The translations under genes and the position numbers were made by a program. DNA of 64,000 bases from Macrostomum lignano (Eukaryota), in the NCBI GenBank assembly GCA_002269645.1, contig NIVC01000608.1, forward strand, positions 294,684 through 358,683. Direction: 5' to 3'. Below, one piece after another: positions 21,701-33,280 of the stretch. The notes under the pieces are model-generated. The model saw nothing but the letters and a program-made list of their open reading frames with translations, made no database searches and was not told where the DNA came from. How positions within the stretch are numbered: position 1 is the stretch's first letter; every line of letters begins with the position of its first letter.

Positions 21701-23201
21701 TGTTCTCATTTTAATGAATGATAAATCAATCAATTCCAAACCAGGTGACATTTGCTCTGCCCTCGGCTAACGTCGCTTCCGCGGTGCCGGCCGGGTTTGT
21801 GAAGCGGCTGAGTCTTGGAGGTGCGGATGCCAGACTGTACTCTCACAGCTACCTGGGCCTGGGCCTCATGTCCGCCCGTCTGGCCATTCTGCAGCTGAGC
21901 AGCCAGGGAAAATTGCCCTCTAGCGGAGCCGGGGGCTCTAAACAGTTTGTGACGGCGTGTCTGCCTAGCAACTACACTGGCCAGTGGGAGCACGGAGGCA
22001 TTCTCTATAATGTTACTGGTGAGGTGGCCCGCTTGGGAAAGGACTTGCTGATTGATAAAGCTAATTACGGTTCTGAATGATCATTGGGGTGCGGGAACTG
22101 AAGGATCATTGGGGTGCGGGAACTGAAGGATCATTGGGGTGCGGGAACTAAGGGATCATTGGGGTGCGGGAACTGATGCATCATTGGGGTGCGGGAACTG
22201 AAGGATCATTGGGGTGCGGGAACTGAAGGATCATTGGGGTGCGGGAACTGAAGGATCATTGGGGTGCGGGAACTGATGCATCATTGGGGTGCGGGAACTG
22301 AAGGATCATTGGGGTGCGGGAACTGAAGGATCATTGGGGTGCGGGAACTGATGCATCATTGGGGTGCGGGAACTGAAGGATCATTGGGGTGCGGGAACTG
22401 AAGGATCATTGGGGTGCGGGAACTGAAGGATCATGGGGGTGCGAGAACTGAAGGATCATTGGTGTGGGGAACTGAAGGATCATTGGGGTGCGGGAACTGA
22501 AGGATCATTGGGGTGCGGGAACTGAAGGATCATGGGGGTGCGGGAACTGAAGGATCATGGGGGTGCGAGAACTGAAGGATCATTGGGGTGCGGGAACTGA
22601 AGGATCATGGGGGTGCGGGAACTGAAGGATCATGGGGGTGCGGGAACTGAAGGATCATGGGGGTGCGAGAACTGAAGGATCATTGGGGTGGGGGAACTGA
22701 AGGAACATTGGAGTGCGGGACTGAAGGATGATCATGTTGTCAAATCCTTCTTCTCCTTCGAAAACCGCAGGCAGCGCTTCGCCCGATCCCTACGCCGCCT
22801 GTCGCCGTCTCGCCATTGGCGTTGTTCGCTCGGCTGGCGTCCATCAGCTGACCGGGCTGGCCACCGGCCGTTTCTACGCCTTCAGCTATTTCTACGATCG
22901 GGCAGCCGATGCGGGCTTAATCGGCGCCAAGGAGGGCGGCGAGGTGACCCTGGCCGACATCGCCAACGCCGCAGAGGCCGCTTGCAATCGACGCAGCAGC
23001 GACAGCAAGCAGCCGTTCCACTGCATGGACCTGTGCTACCAGGCCGCTCTATTAACCAAAGGCTACGGCTTTGCGCCCAGTTCGAAATTTGTTATGCGTA
23101 AAAAGATTCGCAATGTGGAACTAAGCTGGGCGCTTGGCGCCGTATTCGATGTGTTTTATAACCATGCCAACAATAGCAGCGGGCCAGCCACCACAAACTG
23201 A
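18706..23201 (+). CDS. ENTPD5/6: GDA1/CD39-family nucleoside diphosphatase (NTPDase5/6 type, single N-terminal TM); join(18706..19185,19713..19886,21745..22018,22771..23201), 452 aa
   Basis: Apyrase conserved regions: ILDAGSTGSRVH (ACR1), LKATAGLRLL (ACR2), MDGLDEGIFSWVTLN (ACR3), LDLGGGSTQ (ACR4), SWALGA (ACR5). Junctions are GT-AG and phase-compatible. Confidence 0.93.
19235..19670. repeat. Variable 30-36-bp C-rich tandem repeat (core CCCCGATCCTTCAGTCTGAG), ENTPD intron 1
   Basis: Visible periodicity with variable C-runs. Confidence 0.9.
20673..21517. mobile_element. Non-autonomous inverted-repeat element(s): outer 82-bp arms 20673-20754/21436-21517 enclosing inner ~128-bp arms 20767-20894/21016-21142, ENTPD intron 2
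   Basis: Both arm pairs are near-perfect reverse complements read directly. No coding capacity and no TSD resolved. Confidence 0.75.
22078..22735. repeat. 25-bp tandem repeat (GATCATTGGGGTGCGGGAACTGAAG), about 26 copies, ENTPD intron 3
   Basis: Visible periodicity. Confidence 0.95.
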
Positions 23202-23299
23202 TTTTTGTCCGATTTTTGACTACTGAAAATCTCTGCAATTTTAGTCTGTCGTATACAGTGCCGGATCCAGATGTGACGAGAGCCCCCACCCCCCCCCAC

Positions 23300-23575
23300 G
23301 TTCCACTGATCCTCTTTGATGGCGCCGCCCCCTTTCTGATGCTCTTTGATGGCGCCGCCCCCTTCCTGATCCTCTTTGATGGAGCCTCGCCCTTCCTGAT
23401 CCTCTTTGATGGCGCCTTCCCCTTCCTGATCCTCTTTGATGGCGCCTCGCCCTTCCTGATCCTCTTTGATGGCGCCGCCCCCTTCCTGATCCTCTTGAAC
23501 GGTTCCGCGCCACCCACTTCCTGATCCTCTTTAACGGCGCCGCGCCCTTCCTGATCCTCTGATTCCCTGGTCCCT
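23300..23575. repeat. 30-bp tandem repeat (CTTCCTGATCCTCTTTGATGGCGCCGCCCC), about 8 copies, just 3' of the ENTPD stop
   Basis: Visible periodicity; explains ORFs 23092..23586, 23216..23524 and 23241..23513. Confidence 0.9.
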
Positions 23576-24225
23576 CGAAGGGCCATAGCTTCTTATAGTC
23601 TACAGAGATTACCTGCTCGTTCGATCCACACCTGCTTATTTTATAGCAGATGTTGCCGTCTTACTGTTTTTACATGACTCGACCAAAAATATTACTTGCA
23701 GTAGTAAAACAAAAATCCTAAACATCACGCCATCCACATAATAATTCTACATTCTGAGTTGCTTTTCTGTTATTTGCCCTCTGTTGTTGCTGCTTTTATT
23801 ACTCACCGATCGTTTGTTATGCATGAATTATTTTAGTAGTAGGTATATTAACATTGATTTTATAGAGTGGTGATAGCTGCAAGGCTTGTGACTGTGATGG
23901 TCTGCTTAATCTCTCTTTACTGTGGTAAATGCAATAAACTATTGTTTTGCAACACAACACATCTAATAAATGCGCCACACGGTTGCCATTACCAGACTCA
24001 ATGCAGTCTTCTCAAAATTAACTAGTGAAGGCAAAAAATTAAATTGACAAAGAATGGGTATTTTAAAATCTTTTTGTATTTTTAAGATACATAATTAATA
24101 ATTGATGTGCAACCGACAGCTCAACGCAACGCATCTGAAGGCTGCGTACGGCTGTTCAGTCCAATGATTGGGGGATCACCAATGCAGAGTTGAGTTGAGT
24201 GTTTTGCTCACAGGACCCAAATTGT

Positions 24226-24285
24226 TTCGACTGGTTCAAGAATCGAACCCCCGACCTTTGAGTCGCGAGTCTGGACTACAACCTC
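24226..24285 (-). pseudogene. tRNA-derived fragment / SINE head
   Basis: Reverse complement ...GACTCGCGACTCAAAGGTCGGGGGTTCGATTCTTG with a B-box; 5' half missing. Confidence 0.35.
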
Positions 24286-24610
24286 CTTTTGTATTTGTAC
24301 CGGTATACAAAAATACGTTTTTTCTATGTAATATGATTGACCTGATCAACTACATGTAGTGAGCTCGATTCGGAATTGTAGTAAACACGTACCGAGTCGT
24401 ATACTGCTGCTGACGTCCGTGCGCCCTGGCATGCTGACTTTCAAATACTCGGTCGGTTTTGTGGTGCCCCAATGTTTGCTAGCAGGATGTTTGCAACGGG
24501 AGCACAATTATTACAGCCAGAGAATTAGCAACACACCCGACTTTATCCAACATTGATCAGTGGCTTTCGGGTCTTTTGGATTTTATGGATCCGGTACAAC
24601 GTCTGCTTAT

Positions 24611-25310
24611 GGGGGGGGGGGTTTCACAAACTCGAAATTTCACGTCGAAAGCACCCTCCTTCATAAGGTCGAAATTTCACAAGGTCGAAATTTCATAACA
24701 TCGAAAACTCGAAAAGCAGCCACTTTCACAAGGTCGAAATTTCACAACATCGAAAACTCTAGCAAGAGACTTCATAAGGTCGAAATTTCACAAGGTCAAT
24801 AATATAAACATTGACACAATAAAGACTAGTTTTCTACATTGTAAAATTTTGATCTTGTCATACATGAGGCTGCTAAATTCTCAGTTTTTACATAGTAAAA
24901 TTTCGATCTTATGAAAGTGGCTGCTATTTGAGTTTTCGACCTTGTGAAATTTCGACCTTATGAAGTCTCTTGCTAAAGTTTTCGATGTTGTGAAATTTCG
25001 ACCTTATGAAAGTGGCTGCTTTTCGAGTTTTCGATGTTGTGAAATTTCGACCTTGTGAAATTTCGACCTTATGAAGTCTCTTGCTAAAGTTTTCGATGTT
25101 GTGAAATTTCGACCTTATGAAGTCTCTTGCTAGAGTTTTTGATGTTGTGAAATTTCGACCTTATGAAAGTGGCTGCTATTTGAGTTTCGATGTTATGAAA
25201 TTTCGACCTTATGAAGTCTTCTGCTAGAGTTTTCGAACTTGTGAAATTTCGACCTTGTGCAATAATTTGCTTTTCGACGTTGTGAAATTTCGACCTTGTG
25301 AAAACACCCC
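24611..25310. mobile_element. Foldback-type element built from modular TGAAATTTCGACCTT repeats in inverted arms
   Basis: Left arm (about 24620-24800) carries AAGGTCGAAATTTCA modules; right arm (about 24880-25310) carries their reverse complement. G-rich/C-rich termini. Confidence 0.75.
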
Positions 25311-25336
25311 GTCATAATGAAATGACTAGCAAGCAA

Positions 25337-25685
25337 ACATCCGGGGGCGTCACAAATCCAAAAAATAACAAATCAAACCCGAATTATCAGATACCCAAAA
25401 TATCACAAACCTGAAATATCATAAACCCGAAATATCAAAAATCAGAAATATCACAAATCCTAAATAAGATAATATCAATAAAAGATACTCTCTTAATAGA
25501 TAATAATAGATAATATCTAATATCAAAAACCCGAAATGTCAGAAACCTGAAATATCAAAAACCTGAATTATCATAACTAGTAACGCCTAACGCTATTGTG
25601 TTTTTCAGGAGTTATGATCTTTTGAGTTTTTAATATTTTGGGTTTATTATATTTTGGGTTTACGATGGCGACCCCATACGGATGT
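25337..25685. mobile_element. Small MITE/foldback with ACATCCG...CGGATGT termini and AAACCCGAAATATC-type internal repeats
   Basis: Terminal 7-bp perfect IR plus imperfect extension; internal modules are inverted in the right part. Confidence 0.5.
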
Positions 25686-25918
25686 AGAAAACTTCTGTTA
25701 GCAATCGTCATAGAGACGAATGGCCTGAAAAAACGTGAAGTCAGTGAAGTCAAGGATACTTCAATTCCCAGGTAGTTTTTTTCATCCACACCAACGATTT
25801 ATTAAAGCGAGTTAATCATCAGCTTCGCAATCTGGTTTTATAGTTCAACACAACCGCTTCAGGCCATGCGGACTAACAATAGACCAGTTAAGTTCGCCAG
25901 TAAGTCCATAGCTGCACT

Positions 25919-28468
25919 TCAATCGTCCTCAGCCGCGTCGCCGCCAGCCAGGTTGCCCTGCAGTTTGGCCAAGAAAGTGGCCTTCTTTTGCTGCACCCGG
26001 TTGCGCTTCTGCTCCCGGGACATCTTCTTCCGGCCGTAGCGCTTCGGCTTGGCGCCATCGGCTGCTGGCGCTTTCTTTTTCGGCGCCTCCGGCTCCGGCT
26101 TGGCGCGGATAGCGGCGTGCGCCTTGGTGTACATCTGTTCGATGCTGTTCTCGTCGACGCCCTTCTTCAGATAGTCGGAGAACTGGCGCTGATAGGCCTC
26201 CTCGTCGTCGGACTTCAACGAGCGCATGTACTCGGCCACGTGCAGGCCGAGGATCTTCTTGCGGTGCTCCTCGGCGCTGTGGAGCAAATTTAGTTTTATG
26301 TATTGTTTGTTGCTAATAGTAATAGATTGGGGCCAAGTTTTCACCGCATTGTACGTGCCAAAATATGGATCGCACATCAAAGATGAGTTGTACATTATCA
26401 GTCGTTGGATTTGATGCTTTATTCGATAGCGGTAAACAACCGCCATCCCTGGCCGAGACAACATTCCGCTGGATGTCGGTGTGAACCGGCGCAGCCAGGG
26501 CATTCACTGCTTCACCGACGGCTCGCTGTTCAACGGCCGCGCTGGAGCGGGTATTGCCATTTTCCACGAGGGTAAGATGCTTCTCCAGGAAAGTCTGCAC
26601 CTCGGTGAGAACACCTCAGTTTTCCAAGCTGAAATTTGCGCCATTGAGCAGTGTGCCCAGCAACTGTTTCAGGCGAACATTAATAATTTTGACATTAATT
26701 TCTACACTGATAGCCAAGCTGCTATTAAGGCCTTAACCACTGAGAATATCTCCGCTGCTACAGTATCTCAATGCCACCGCAGTGTGCAATCTCTCTCAGT
26801 CCTTAACAGGATTAGAATTATCTGGACACCTGGTCACAGCAACATCCTGGGCAACGAGCTCGCGGACTCTCTCGCCAAGGAGGGCAGCAACCCAGACGGC
26901 AACCACCGTCTGATGAGGCTACCCACCCCCAGGTCGCAAGTCACCCGCCATATCAACAGGTGGCTCCATCAGCAGCACCAGCTCCACTGGAACAGCTGCA
27001 CCGAGTACAGGCAGAGCCGCTCTGCCATGCCTAACCTGAACAGGAAAGTCTCTGATTATCTGATTTCGCTTAACAGAACCGACCTCAGGGAGATGTGCAT
27101 GGTCCTAACCGGCCACGGATTCTTCCAGAGACATATATCGTTGCAAACCGGTTGCCCTCCCACCTGTCCCTTCTGTGGCATAGGAGAGGAGACCGCGGAG
27201 CATCACGTCACCTTCTGCCCTTACTTCAACAAGGCGCGGCACAAATACCTCGGCCACCCCCAGCGGATGGACGAGCTGACCACCGCGGACAATATCCGAG
27301 ACCTCCGCGCCTTCGTCCGGGACTCCGGCCGGATGAGGGTCGCCGATGCCTCCACTGCGGACCTGCCGACTACTGGCGGGGACTGGGCGCACCCCCAAGG
27401 CTAATCCTTGTGCTCTTTTACCTTGGGGTTGCGATAGGGGCCTCGCGGCCTATTCGCGGCGCCTGCGCCCCCCGTCAGTAGTAAGTAAGTAAGTAGCGGT
27501 AAACAACTCTATACGCTACAAGAATCCGCCCAGTTTTTGCCTAGCCTATATATAGCCTTTATATTACTTAATGCAAGGATATTACGCTTTTGTAAGACCC
27601 TATCACATGTACAAACAGCTCCAATTACATGCAGGTGGAGTAAGTGTTGGTGCTTTTCTGCGTTGAGGTAAAACGAAGTGTATGAAAGTGCGCACTGAGG
27701 ATTTTTTGTATGTGACTGGCTACCGGGGGCCGGGGTATCCCGGTGAAGGACCTGAGTTCGATTTCGCGAACGGCCACATTAATTTGCCCACAAGTCACAG
27801 TGTGAAAAAGTTTGGCCGCGCGAACCAGCCTTTACTATGGATGGTAAAAAAAGAAAAATTACTAGTATGCAATAGAATCTACTCAAAACTGCTCACCTGT
27901 ACTGCTTGGTCGCGGCGCTATAGCCGGGGAAGCGCTTATTCGAGTGCGGGATGTCCAATCCACCGTCGACGGCGCCCTTAAGCGCGCCGAATACGCGCGC
28001 CCCGGTGGTGGTGCGCACCAGGCCGACGTCCAAGTAGCAGCGGAACGCGCCAGGCTGACCGTCCGGGCTTTCAACGATGAACTCCTCGCCGTCGGCCTTC
28101 TCTTTGCCAACGTAGATCGAGTCCAGCTTGAGCTTCTTGATCATTCGCCTGGCCAGCAGCAGGCCGGTGGCGTAGGCCGAGGCGTAGTTCTTCAGGCCGA
28201 CCTTCACGCCGTAGCGGGGCAGCTCGTGCGCGTAGGCCGAGCAGATCACGTGATCACCTTCGATTCTAGCATAGACAATCTGGCAGATGATGTCCTTGTT
28301 AGTGAATCGGACAACCATTCGGTACTTGGGCGTGTTGTACTTGTTCTTATCCTGCCAGATCAGCCTCTTCCTGGCGTAATAGTCGGTTTTACCCTGGCGA
28401 CGCCTCTTAAACTTGACCTGATACCGCTTGAAATAAGCGGTGGTCTTGGTGATCTTGATGTAGCCCAT
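25919..28468 (-). CDS. RPL5: 60S ribosomal protein L5 (uL18); complement(join(25919..26276,27897..28468)), 309 aa
   Basis: Unmistakable RPL5 sequence ([25 protein letters not shown]...FPGY...|[11 protein letters not shown]). Donor GTGAGC at 27896, acceptor cacag at 26277, AATAAA at 25798-25803. Confidence 0.98.
26441..27493 (+). mobile_element. 5'-truncated non-LTR retrotransposon (RNase H + CCHC 3' end) in the RPL5 intron, antisense; ORF remnant 26442..27404
   Basis: TSD TAGCGGTAAACAAC at 26427-26440 and 27494-27507; (GTAA)n tail. RNase H motifs FTDGS, FQAEI, TDSQAA, WTPGH, GNELAD; CPFC...H...CP knuckle. Confidence 0.92.
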
Positions 28469-29542
28469 GGCCCTGAAAGTTTTTGTTTAAATACGAATTC
28501 TTGCAGCAGATTGTATCGATTGTTTTCAGTAACTTGTGGAAATTATCAATAGTAGAAATGGCTGAGTGATTCCAATAGTTACTCTAATGCTGTGCATATT
28601 TTATTACCTGGTATCTGCCATATAAAGGATGCCCAGTTTATTTTTTTAAACTTTTTTTGGAATCTGTCTGAACACATACATATACCTATATATGCATTGA
28701 ATTTTTATTTTAAAAACTAATTAAGTTGGATTCTTTTTATTGTTAATGTAGCTAACGTCTAATCTACAGTATTGATAAAAGTTTATCTTAAAACAATTTA
28801 AAATGATGAATTATTATTTAGACAATTTAGATTTATACCTAGACTTAAAAGTTCAGATTATTAGTAAAAATGCAATTGAGAATTTTCATAGACAATAAGA
28901 TGATAATATTTAAAACATATATTTTTCAAATGTTCAATAGCTAAGCATTGCATCGAAAAAATTTAATATTTTTCATTAATTTAATTATTGGACGGTTGGC
29001 AACCTCAAGCCCGCAGGCCACATCTGGCCTGCAAAGACTTTCTATGTGGCCCACAAACTTCCTCTATCTTCATTACTATAATCTGGCCCACACCTTTGTA
29101 ATGTAGTAGGGCATTATTTTAGAAACGGGAATTAGTAGCGAAGCAGATATGCTTTTGCCTACTGTCAGTAGTTTAGGTTTGGGAAAGTAATTAGAGCAGG
29201 GGAAAATTGCTAGTTTTTGGGATTCTCTAGAAGTATAGAACAGTTTGGGGCTTAGGAAAGCAGATTTTTCGCTGGCTGGTGGGAGATCTCAGAAATTAGG
29301 AAGGTAAGAGGCAGGGAGTATTGGGAAAATTTTAAGTAAAACTGTCGAGGTAGTTGATGACAAAACAGTACACCTACAGGTAGTCAATGCCTGACATTTT
29401 GCACCAACCATTGCATGCCATTTTCATTTTGTTTTTTTTTAAGTATAAAACTTTTGTTAATTAATTCGGTTTTTCTGAGTCAATCCTTTGTCTCTACAAT
29501 AATAGGACTAGGGAAACAGGAAGCCTGGTGGCAGCAAATCTA

Positions 29543-30717
29543 CCCCGTTGGAAAAGTTATGCACCTGCAGAGGCATAAAAGGTGAGCGAGGTGCACAAAA
29601 GAGGCACTTTGGTGGCCTATTTCGTGTGTGCTTTGGAAATGCACCTGAGTGCACCTTTTATGCCTAAATGTCACCAATATTTTCGAAAAGAGGCATGAAA
29701 GGTGTACAATCGGTGAAGTGGTCAGGCAGTAGGTGAATTCTCAATTTTGATTGGTTGCGGCGGTAGGGGCAGGAAAGGTGCATAAGGGGCACTGGAGGTG
29801 CGCAAAAGGTGAACAGCAGGCTCACAAGCGAGGCACAGCAGGTGCAGGAAAGGTGCTGAAGGGGCGCAGAAAGTGCACGAAAGGTGAATTAGAGGTGCAT
29901 AAGTTGTACATGTTGCAGCGTAAATATGTATACAGGTGCATTTCCAAAACACGCTCGAAATAGACCCCAAAAGTGCCTCTTCTGTGCACCTTGCTCACCT
30001 TCCATGCCTATGCACGAATTAACGCATTAATACGAGCGTAATCAGCAACAAAAAATTAACTGAGAGTTACATACTTGTACATTGCATGCACAGATTGAAC
30101 ATAGAAAAGCTTTATTTACACCTATACTAATCGCTGCTATCCCCTTCCTGATCCTGACAAACCACGAAAGCAAACATTTCCTATACTGATAAGTTTTAAT
30201 GACTTTCAAATACTCAGGAAAAGTTCCGAAAAGTGGTGAAAAGTTTTGCATCAGTGAGGAAAAGTTTTGAATCTGTTCAAAGAATAGTAAGGAAAAGTAG
30301 CAAAGAACTTTCGCAAGTTGAAACGCCCCTTGCATTGCCTCTACGCCTAAAGTGCCCACTGTGCACCCTTTATTCACCTTTCGTGCCTCCAGTGCACACT
30401 GTACACTTTTTATGCACCTCCACCGCAGCGCACCTTTTTTCACCTTTCACTCCACCAATGCCCCCAATTCCTACTTTGTTCACCTTTTGTGCCTCAACGC
30501 ACACTGTGCACCTTTAATTCACCTAACTCCCCTATGGCACCTGTGCCCCTACCGCCTATTTCGTGCCTTAAATTCACCTTTTGACCCTGCAGAGGCACTC
30601 AGGTGAACACGCGGTGCACAAGTGGCACAAAATAGGCATAAGAGAGGCGAAAGTGAGGCAGAAGGTGCAAAACTCTTCACCTTTCGTGCCTACTTTAAAA
30701 ACTCAAAATCCAACGGG
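29543..30717. mobile_element. TA-flanked MITE/foldback with CCCGTTGGA...TCCAACGGG termini and GGTGCA/TGCACC-rich internal inverted repeats
   Basis: TA at 29541-42 and 30718-19; internal imperfect IR about 29570-29645 / 29935-30010. Confidence 0.65.
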
Positions 30718-30778
30718 TACCAATCTCAACCAGTAAAATCCACTAATAAGAAATCCTTAGCAAATAAGAAAACCAGTA

Positions 30779-31564
30779 GGCTCATTCCATATAAGATGGA
30801 CATATTTGGAAAATAGAAAAAAGTCAATATTTTTGCTTGCCATTGCCTAATTAGCCTATTTTTTTACCAAATGTTTATATTGTGCAATATATACAATCTA
30901 AGAATAAAGGAATGGTAAAATGTTGGATTAGTATGTTATCAATTGGCAAAAAGTCATTTTTGTAAAAATTTGGACATTTTTCGAAGCAAAAGACATCATT
31001 AAGATTTTGTACCTTTTAAAAACAAATAGAAAGCTTTTGAAGGTTGAAACAAACTATAGATAAAAGTATAGTACTTGCATCATCAGATAAAAGCATTGGT
31101 GACCAAATAATCTATTATATTTTTAATGTATTAGTACCTCAAAGTTACTGAATTGACAGAAAAAAATATGTTACGACCATAATGTTACGACCATAAGGCT
31201 GCCTTTTCTTTTGTATCTTTGTTGCCTTTTGAGTTTATATATTCTAATAAAAGAGTATGATTTCTAAAGATGTTCTTAGTCAAATTTTAAAAATGTATTG
31301 CAAAATATCAAAAATGAAAAATGTTATAAGACTTTTACCTTTTAGTTTCTATATGTCAAAAATCCTGTCGTTACGACCATAAGTGTCATTTAAGGTTTAA
31401 TAGCATCTATACTAATGATGATATCTATATGAAACTCTATAAATATATTCTAGACAAAATAATCTTTCATTTAAAATATTGGTTTAGTATATTCTATTAT
31501 TAGATTTCATTTTATAAGTAAAAATAACCTGTCATGTTACGACCATGCTTATATGGAATGAGCC
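30779..31564. mobile_element. 786-bp MITE, 17-bp perfect TIR GGCTCATTCCATATAAG, 4-bp TSD AGTA
   Basis: TSD at 30775-30778 and 31565-31568; four internal GTTACGACCAT repeats. Confidence 0.8.
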
Positions 31565-33280
31565 AGTAGCCGAAACCGCAGGTGCACCACTTGTCCAATA
31601 ATAACTTCATTGTTTGGCCCATTAAAGTTTTGTGCACTGAAAATGGGGAATTTCTTTCCTCAATTGTCAATTTTATAAATGACAAATTAGTAATGAGACA
31701 AACTGAGTGTGAGTGGCTGTTTACAAAGTCTAGACAGACAGCACATCAGTTCAAACTTACAAATAAAATAGAAATAGGGGAACTGGTGGAAAAGGAAAGT
31801 GAGGTGGTGGTGGGCCAACATGGGGGTACAAATGTAGTACATTGATAGGGCTGACTGTGCAGCAGATTGAGCAGAATCAGACTTTCTAATAATGCATCAA
31901 AATATGATAAACTTGTGTTTTAATTCTGTTTCTTCAGTGTCATATATTTTAGCCTATCAGTGGCACAATTAGAAATTTGTTGAGGGGGCAGATTTTGGAG
32001 GGTAGACCCAGGGGGTAGATTCTAGAGGGTAGACCCAAGGGGTAGATTCTGGAGAGTAGACCCAGGGGGGGGGGCAAATTCTGGAGAGTAAAGACCCAGG
32101 GGGGGGGGGCAGAATAATGGGAGGTGACCTGTGGCCTGTGATCTTGAACTAAAAACATTATCTAGCTCTCAGGTAGAAAAAGGTTGCCAACCCCTGATCT
32201 ACATGCTTGTGTTTGTTAAGGGTGACATTTGCAATCATATTTCAGATGGCCTCCTACAATAGCTTTCTACAAAAGATACTAGATGCTATGACTATAGCTA
32301 AGGCCCCAAAAGACAATGACTCTAGTGAGTTTTTGCTTTCCTATTATACATAGTACTATAAAAAAGGATAAAGCATAGAAAAGGTCAAAGAGGTCTAAGA
32401 AGTTGCAAACAAAGATCACAATCACAAGGGAATAGATTCCATAATGCAAATGCTAATAGTACTCATAATGCTAAGCAAAGTTTAGCAAAAATTACCAAGC
32501 TTATATACTACCCATAGTTTAGAAAGCAACCTGCATACAGGCACCAAGATTTCCTGGCATACAACAAGGGCATACAACCTGGCATACAACTTATTTTAGT
32601 ATACAATTAGCATACATCCCAATGCATATGACAAAATAGAAAATTTTTAGCTTACATCTATGGCATACCTATATTTATGTTAGGATTAAATGGTGACTTT
32701 ATATAAAATATGCTACATGTAACATTGTCAACATGGAGCAAGGAATAATAAAAAACAATTTAAAACTTTGTGCCCTTAAAACATATTTTTCTCAATTCTT
32801 AACAAAAATAAAGTATTTAAATTACATCTTTTGTAATTGTTTTTTCTCTATGCACATTGTAAAAAGCATATAACTTTGGCATACATAGGCCTAGTTGAAA
32901 ACATTTTTGTCCCAATATATAAATGTAGTCTTATACATTTTTTTTTCTATTAAAACTGACATATACTAATACACAATCCAAACTATGGTATACTACTAGG
33001 CTGGACATCTAAAATGCATTTTGTTTTTTATTTATACTAATAGCAGAGTAATAAATATGGTTTCATTTGTTAGCTATGAATTTTAGGCTTTAGCCAAAAT
33101 GCCTTTGATAAATGCTTTCTATTAGCATTGGAAGACTATCTTAATAAATTATATAAATACAATCTTTAAAGATTATATAATATGCAACCTATATATTTGG
33201 AATAAAAGGATAACAATAATGATAAATACCTTTAGTTCTAATAAAGAGTTATTTGATAAACGGATAGTGATAGATTCAGT

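Larger units (their letters stand above)
28990..32196. mobile_element. Degenerate hAT (Charlie-like) element hosting nested MITEs
   Basis: Right end AGGTTGCCAACCCCTG is the reverse complement of the canonical CAGGGGTTGGCAACCT. Left end matches 12/16 and is followed by GGCC-rich subterminal sequence. No TSD or transposase recognised. Confidence 0.4.

Noticed and set aside
25919-26503. 194-aa ORF as a single RPL5 exon with a novel N-terminus
   Set aside because: The N-terminal part is intron and antisense LINE sequence; the true exon starts at 26276.
27705-27775. tRNA-like segment (GAGTTCGATTTC; contains CTACCGGG like the LINE target)
   Set aside because: Only a degenerate B-box with no cloverleaf; the 8-mer match is compatible with chance.
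26277-27896. Intronic snoRNA in RPL5 (vertebrate RPL5 hosts snoRNAs)
   Set aside because: No C box (RUGAUGA)/D box pair or convincing H/ACA fold was seen on the sense strand.
31580-31860. hAT transposase remnant inside 28990-32196
   Set aside because: No frame gave recognisable BED, DDE or dimerisation motifs.
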